A stretch of 64,000 bases of DNA, from positions 28,148,001 through 28,212,000 of the forward strand of contig OZ024740.1 in the NCBI GenBank assembly GCA_964016885.1. Direction: 5' to 3'. Position 1 is the stretch's first letter. Each line of letters opens with the position of its first letter. The DNA comes from Eledone cirrhosa (Eukaryota). Below are positions 57,136 to 64,000 of this stretch, piece by piece. The notes under the pieces are model-generated. The model ran no database searches, had not been told where the DNA came from, and saw only the letters and a list, made by a program, of their open reading frames with translations. A program made the position numbers and the translations under genes.

Positions 57136-60100
57136 TTTTCCTGACTATGTGATTTTCTTGACTATATGTGATTTTCCTGAGTATATGTGATTTTGCTGAC
57201 TATATGTGATTTTCCTGAGTATATAAAATTTCCCTGAGTATATCTGATTTTCCTGAGTATATGTGATTTTCCTGACTATATGTGCTTTTCCTGAGTATAT
57301 GTGATTTCCCTGACTATATGTGATTTCCCAGAGTATATGTGATTTTCATGAGTATATGTGATTTTCCTGAGTATATGTGATCTTCCTGAGTATATGTGAT
57401 TTTCCTCAGTATATGTGATTTTCCTGAGTATATGTGATCTTCCTGAGTATATGTGATTTTCCTGAGTATATGTGATTTCCCTGAGTATATGTGATTTTCC
57501 TGAGTATATGTGATTTTCCTGACTATATGTGATTTTCCTGAGTATATGTGATTTTCATGACTATATGTGATTTTCCTGAGTATATGTGATTTTCCTGACT
57601 ATATGTGATTTTCCTGACAATATGTGATTTTCCTGAGTATGTGTGATTTCCCTGAGTATATGTGATTTTCATGAGTATACGTGATTTTCCAGAGTATATG
57701 TAATTTCTTTGAGTATATGTGATTTCCCTGACTATATGTGATGTTCCTGAGTATATGTGATCTTCCTGAGTATATGTGATTTTCCTGAGTATAGGCGATT
57801 TTCCTGAGTATATGTGATTTTTCTGACTATATGTGATCTTCCTGAGTATATGTGATTTCCCTGAGTATATGTGATTTTCCTGAGTATATATGATTTTCAT
57901 GAGTATATGTGATTTTCCTGAGTATATGTGATTTCCCTGAATATATGTGATTTTCCAGAGTATATGTGATTTTTCTGTGTATATATAATTTTCCTGAGTA
58001 TATATGACTTTCCTGAGTATATGTGATTTTCCTGAGTATATGTGATTTTCCTCAGTATACGTGATTTTCCTGACAATATTTGATTTTCCTGAGTATATGT
58101 GATTTTCCTGAGTATATGTGATTTTCCTGAGTATATGTGATTTTCTTGAGTATATGTGATTTTCCTGAGTATATGTGATTTCCCTGAGTATATGTGATTT
58201 TCCTGACTATTTGTGATTTTCCTGACTATGTGATTTTCTTGACTATATGTGATTTTCCTGAGTATATAAAATTTCCCTGAGTATATGTGATTTTCCTGAG
58301 TATATGTGATTTTCCTGACTATATGTGATTTTTCTGAGTATATGTGATTTCCCTGACTATATGTGATTTTCCTGAGTATATGTAATTTCCCTGAGTATAT
58401 GTGATTTTCCTGAGTATATGTGATCTCCTGACTATATGCGATTTTCCTGAGTATATGTGATTTTCCTGAGTATATGTTATTATCCTGAGTATTTGATTTT
58501 CCTGACTATTTGTGATTTTCCTGACTATATGTGATTTTCCTGAGTATATGTGATCTTCCTGAGTATATGTGATTTTCCTGAGTATATGCGATTTTCCTGA
58601 GTATATGTGATTTTCCTGACTATATGTGATTTTCCTGAGTATATGTGATTTTCCTGAGTATATGTGATTTTGCTGACTATATGTGATTTTCCTGAGTATA
58701 TGTGATTTCCCTGAGTATATGTGATTTTCCTGAGTATATGTGATTTTCCTGACTATATGTGATTTTCCTGAGTATATGTGATTTTCCTGACTATATGTGA
58801 TTTTCCTGAGTATATGTGATTTTCCTGACTATATGTGATTTTCCTGACAATATGTGATTTTCCTGAGTATGTGTGATTTCCCTGAGTATATGTGATTTTC
58901 ATGAGTATATGTGATATTCCTGAGTATATGTGATTTTTCTGACTATATGTGATTTTCCTGAGTATATGTGATCTTCCTGAGTATATGTGATTTTCCTGAG
59001 TATATGCGATTTTCCTGAGTATATGTGATTTTCCTGAGTATATGAAATTTCCCTGAGTATATGTGATTTTCCTGACTATTTGTGATTTTCCTGACTATGT
59101 GATTTTCTTGACTATATGTGATTTTCCTGAGTATATGTGATTTTCCTGACTATATGTGATTTTCTTGAGTATATAAAATTTCCCTGAGTATATGTGATTT
59201 TCCTGAGTATATTTGATTTTCCTGACTATATGTGATTTTCCTGAGTATATGTGATTTCCCTGACTATATGTGATTTCCCTGAGTATATGTGATTTTCCTG
59301 AGTATATGTGATTTTCCTGAGTATATGTGATTTCCTTGACTATATGTGATTTTCCTGATTATATGTGATCTTCCTGAGTATATGTGATTTTCCTGAGTAT
59401 ATGTGATTTCCCTGAGTATATGTGATTTTCCTGAGTATATGTGATTTTCATGACTATATGTGATTTTCCTGAGTATATGTGATTTTCATGATTATGTGAT
59501 TTTCCTGACAATATGTGATTTTCCTGAGTATATGTGATTTTCCTGAGTATATGTGATTTTCCTGAGTATATGTGATTTTCTTGAGTATATGTGATTTCCC
59601 TGAGTATATGTGATTTCCCTGAGTATATGTGATTTTCCTGACTATTTGTGATTTTCCTGACTATGTGATTTTCTTGACTATATGTGATTTTCCTGAGTAT
59701 ATGTGATTTTGCTGACTATATGTGATTTTCCTGAGTATATAAAATTTCCCTGAGTATATGTGATTTTCCTGAGTATATGTGATTTTCCTGACTATATGTG
59801 CTTTTCCTGAGTATATGTGATTTCCCTGGCTATATGTGATTTCCCGGAGTATATGTGATTTTCATGAGTATATGTGATTTTCCTGAGTATATGTGATCTT
59901 CCTGAGTATATGTGATTTTCCTGAGTATATGTGATTTTCCTGAGTATATGTGATCTTCCTGAGTATATGTGATTTTCCTGAGTATATGTGATTTCCCTGA
60001 ATATATAGGTGATTTTCCTGAGTATATGTGATTTTCCTGACTATATGTGATTTTCCTGACAATATGTGATTTTCCTGAGTATGTGTGATTTCCCTGAGTA

Positions 60101-61562
60101 TATGTGATTTTCATGAGTATATGTGATATTCCTGAGTATATGTGATTTTCCTGACTATATGTGATTTTCCTGAGTATATGTGATCTTCCTGAGTATATGC
60201 GATTTTCCTGAGTATATGTGATTTCCCTGAGTATATGTGACATTCCTGAGTATATTTTATTTTCCTGAGTATTTGATTTTCCTGACTATATGTGATTTTC
60301 ATGAGTATATGACATCTTCCTGAGTATATGTGATTTTCCTGAGTATATGCGATTTTCCTGAGTATATGTGATTTTCCTGAGTATATGTGATTTATTTAAG
60401 TATATGTGATTTCCCTGACTATATGTGATTTTCCTGAGTATATGTGATTTCCCTGAGTATATGTGATTTTCCTGAGTATATGTTATTATCCTGAGTATTT
60501 GATTTTCCTGACTATTTGTGATTTTCCTGACTATATGTGATTTTCCTGAGTATATGTGATTTTCCTGAGTATATGTGATTTTGCTGACTATATGTGATTT
60601 TCCTGAGTATATGTGATTTCCCTGAGTATATGTGATTTTCCTGAGTATATGTGATTTTCCTGACTATATGTGATTTTCCTGAGTATATGTGATTTTCCTG
60701 ACTATATGTGATTTTCCTGAGTATATGTGATTTTCCTGACTATATGTGATTTTCCTGACTATATGTGATTTTCCTGAGTATGTGTGATTTCAATGAGTAT
60801 ATGTGATTTTCATGAGTATATGTGATATTCCTGAGTATATGTGATTTTCCTGACTATATGTGATTTTCCTGAGTATATGTGATCTTCCTGAGTATATGTG
60901 ATTTTCCTGAGTATATGCGATTTTCCTGAGTATATGTGATTTTCCTGAGTATATGTGATTTATTTGAGTATATGTGATTTCCCTGACTATATGTGATTTT
61001 CCTGAGTATATGTGATTTCCCTGAGTATATGTGATTTTCCTGAGTATGTGTTATTTTCCTGAGTATTTGATTTTCCTGACTATTTGTGATTTTCATGACT
61101 ATATGTGATTTTCCTGAGTATATCTGATCTTCCTGAGTATATGTGATTTCCTGAGTATATGCGATTTTCCTGAGTATATGTGATTTTCCTGACTATATGT
61201 GATCTTTCTGAGTATATGTGATTTCCCTGAGTACATGTGATTTTGCTGACTATTTGTGATTTTCATGAGTATATGTGATTTTCCTAACTATATGTGATAT
61301 TCCTGAGTACATGTGATATTCCTGAGTATATGTGATTTTCCTGAGTATAGGCGATTTTCCTGAGTATACGTGATTTTTCTGACTATATGTGATCTTCCTC
61401 AGTATATGTGATTTCCCGCAATATATGTGATTTTCCTGAGTGTATGTGATCTCCCTGAATATATGTGATTTTCCTGAGTATATGTGATTTTCCTGAGTAT
61501 ATGTGATTTCCCTGAGTATATGTGATTTTCCTGAGTATATGTGATTTTCCTGAGTATATGTG

Positions 61563-64000
61563 ATTTCCCTGACTATATGTGATTTCCCTGACGATATGTG
61601 ATTTTCCTAACTATATGTGATTTTCCTGACTATATGAGATTTTCCTGAGTATATGTGATTTTCCTGACTATATGTAATTTTCCTGAGTATACGTGATTTA
61701 CCTGACTAGAAGTGATTTTTCTGAGTATATGTGATTTCCCTGACTATATGTGATTTTCCTGAATATATGTGATTTTCTTGACAATATGTGATTTTCCTGA
61801 GTATATGCGATTTTCCTGAGTATATGTGATTTCCCTGAGTATATGTGATTTTCCTGGCTATATGTGATTTTCCTGAGTATATGTGATTTTCCTGCGTATA
61901 TGTGATTTTCCTGAGTATATGTGATTTTCCTGAGTATATGTGATTTCCCTGAGTATATATGATTTAACTGAGTATACGTGATTTTCCTGAGTATATGTAA
62001 TTCCTTTGAGTATATGTGATTTCCCTGACTATATGTGATGTTCCTGAGTATATGTGATTTTCCTGAGTATATGTGATTTCCTGAATATATGTGATTTTCC
62101 AGAGTATATGTGATTTTTCTGTGTATATATAATTTTCCTGAGTATATGTGATTTTCCTGAGTATATGTGATTTCCCTGAGTATATGTGATTTTCCTCAGT
62201 ATATGTGATTTTCCTGACAATATGTGATTTTCCTGAGTATATGTGATTTTCCTGAGTATGTGTGATTTCCCTGAGTATATGTGATTTTCATGAGTATATG
62301 TGATATTCCTGAGTATATGTGATTTTTCTGACTATATGTGATTTTCCTGAGTATATGTGATCTTCCTGAGTATATGTGATTTTCCTGAGTATATGCGATT
62401 TTCCTGAGTATATGTGATTTTCCTGAGTATATGAAATTTCCCTGAGTATATGTGATTTTCCTGACTATTTGTGATTTTCCTGACTATGTGATTTTCTTGA
62501 CTATATGTGATTTTCCTGAGTATATGTGATTTTCCTGACTATATGTGATTTTCTTGAGTATATAAAATTTCCCTGAGTATATGTGATTTTCCTGAGTATA
62601 TGTGATTTTCCTGACTATATGTGATTTTCCTGAGTATATGTGATTTCCCTGACTATATGTGATTTCCCTGAGTATATGTGATTTTCCTGAGTATATGTGA
62701 TTTTCCTGAGTATATGTGATTTCCTTGACTATATGTGATTTTCCTGATTATATGTGATCTTCCTGAGTATATGTGATTTTCCTGAGTATATGTGATTTCC
62801 CTGAGTATATGTGATTTTCCTGAGTATATGTGATTTTCATGACTATATGTGATTTTCCTGAGTATATGTGATTTTCATGATTATGTGATTTTCCTGACAA
62901 TATGTGATTTTCCTGAGTATATGTGATTTTCCTGAGTATATGTGATTTTCCTGAGTATATGTGATTTTCTTGAGTATATGTGATTTCCCTGAGTATATGT
63001 GATTTCCCTGAGTATATGTGATTTTCCTGACTATTTGTGATTTTCCTGACTATGTGATTTTCTTGACTATATGTGATTTTCCTGAGTATATGTGATTTTG
63101 CTGACTATATGTGATTTTCCTGAGTATATAAAATTTCCCTGAGTATATGTGATTTTCATGACTATATGTGATTTCCCTGACTATATGTGATTTCCCTGAC
63201 GATATGTGATTTTCCTAACTATATGTGATTTTCCTGACTATATGAGATTTTCCTGAGTATATGTGATTTTCCTGACTATATGTAATTTTCCTGAGTATAC
63301 GTGATTTACCTGACTAGAAGTGATTTTTCTGAGTATATGTGATTTCCCTGACTATATGTGATTTTCCTGAATATATGTGATTTTCTTGACAATATGTGAT
63401 TTTCCTGAGTATATGCGATTTTCCTGAGTATATGTGATTTCCCTGAGTATATGTGATTTTCCTGGCTATATGTGATTTTCCTGAGTATATGTGATTTTCC
63501 TGCGTATATGTGATTTTCCTGAGTATATGTGATTTTCCTGAGTATATGTGATTTCCCTGAGTATATATGATTTAACTGAGTATACGTGATTTTCCTGAGT
63601 ATATGTAATTCCTTTGAGTATATGTGATTTCCCTGACTATATGTGATGTTCCTGAGTATATGTGATTTTCCTGAGTATATGTGATTTCCTGAATATATGT
63701 GAATTTCCAGAGTATATGTGATTTTTCTGTGTATATATAATTTTCCTGAGTATATGTGATTTTCCTGAGTATATGTGATTTCCCTGAGTATATGTGATTT
63801 TCCTCAGTATATGTGATTTTCCTGACAATATGTGATTTTCCTGAGTATATGTGATTTTCCTGAGTATGTGTGATTTCCCTGAGTATATGTGATTTTCATG
63901 AGTATATGTGATATTCCTGAGTATATGTGATTTTTCTGACTATATGTGATTTTCCTGAGTATATGTGATCTTCCTGAGTATATGTGATTTTCCTGAGTAT
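61563..64000. repeat. 1608-bp HOR unit, one full copy and one partial copy cut by the window end
   Basis: ORFs at 62029 and 63637 are offset by 1608 and carry the same markers as 29620-32835. Confidence 0.9.

Larger units (their letters stand above)
1..64000. repeat. 19-bp tandem satellite array, consensus GATTTTCCTGAGTATATGT, ~3,400 head-to-tail monomers in one orientation, running off both window edges
   Basis: The unit is visible on every line. Common variants are CTGAC for CTGAG, TTCCC for TTTCC, GATCTTCC, CATGA and TGCGA, plus occasional 15-18-nt and 21-nt monomers. No non-satellite sequence was seen. Confidence 0.99.
42934..64000. repeat. Second copy of a ~29.4-32 kb super-repeat, homologous to ~13562-32057
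   Basis: Collinear ORF and marker offsets: 14591/43963 (29372), 18048/47439 (29391), 19766/49062 (29296), 21168/50688 (29520), 25484/57523 and 27791/59830 (32039), 30086/62029 and 31694/63637 (31943). Confidence 0.94.

Noticed and set aside
463-63828. Dozens of minus-strand ORFs of 60-156 aa as protein-coding genes
   Set aside because: All are translations of the 19-bp repeat. They overlap in different frames with the same peptide, start and stop at random variant monomers, and have no unique domain or codon-position bias.
1-64000. CRISPR array
   Set aside because: The repeats abut directly with no unique spacers, leader or cas genes.
1-64000. Telomerase-synthesised long-unit telomeric repeat (the + strand is 13/19 T+G)
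   Set aside because: There are no G-runs, and variants are inherited in multi-kb blocks. That pattern indicates recombination or duplication rather than templated addition. A subtelomeric or telomerase-independent terminal location cannot be excluded.
1-64000. Inversions, transposon insertions or embedded unique sequence
   Set aside because: None seen on reading through. Orientation is constant and every ORF lies on the same strand.
1-64000. Assignment to a named satellite family, species or CENP-B box
   Set aside because: I do not reliably recognise the monomer, and no CENP-B box (TTCG....A..CGGG) is present. A database search is needed.

Overview
The whole 64-kb window is one uninterrupted, single-orientation tandem array of a 19-bp satellite. 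The + strand consensus is GATTTTCCTGAGTATATGT (minus strand ACATATACTCAGGAAAATC, 6/19 GC), giving about 3,400 monomers. I see no genes, RNA genes, transposons, inversions or unique DNA. The ORF track is a by-product of the repeat: the minus strand of the consensus has no stop codon in any frame, so it reads as the 19-aa repeat SGKSHILRKITYTQENHIY. The information in the window lies in the monomer variants, which reveal nested higher-order repeats (HORs). Local tandem duplications of about 0.95-1.14, 1.02, 1.55-1.61, 1.67, 1.86, 4.37, 6.3 and 7.5-7.65 kb sit inside a ~29.4-32 kb super-repeat, and shared private variants allow these events to be ordered. The architecture resembles a recently expanded eukaryotic centromeric, pericentromeric or subtelomeric satellite. 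I cannot identify the organism or satellite family from sequence alone, and any function is inference.
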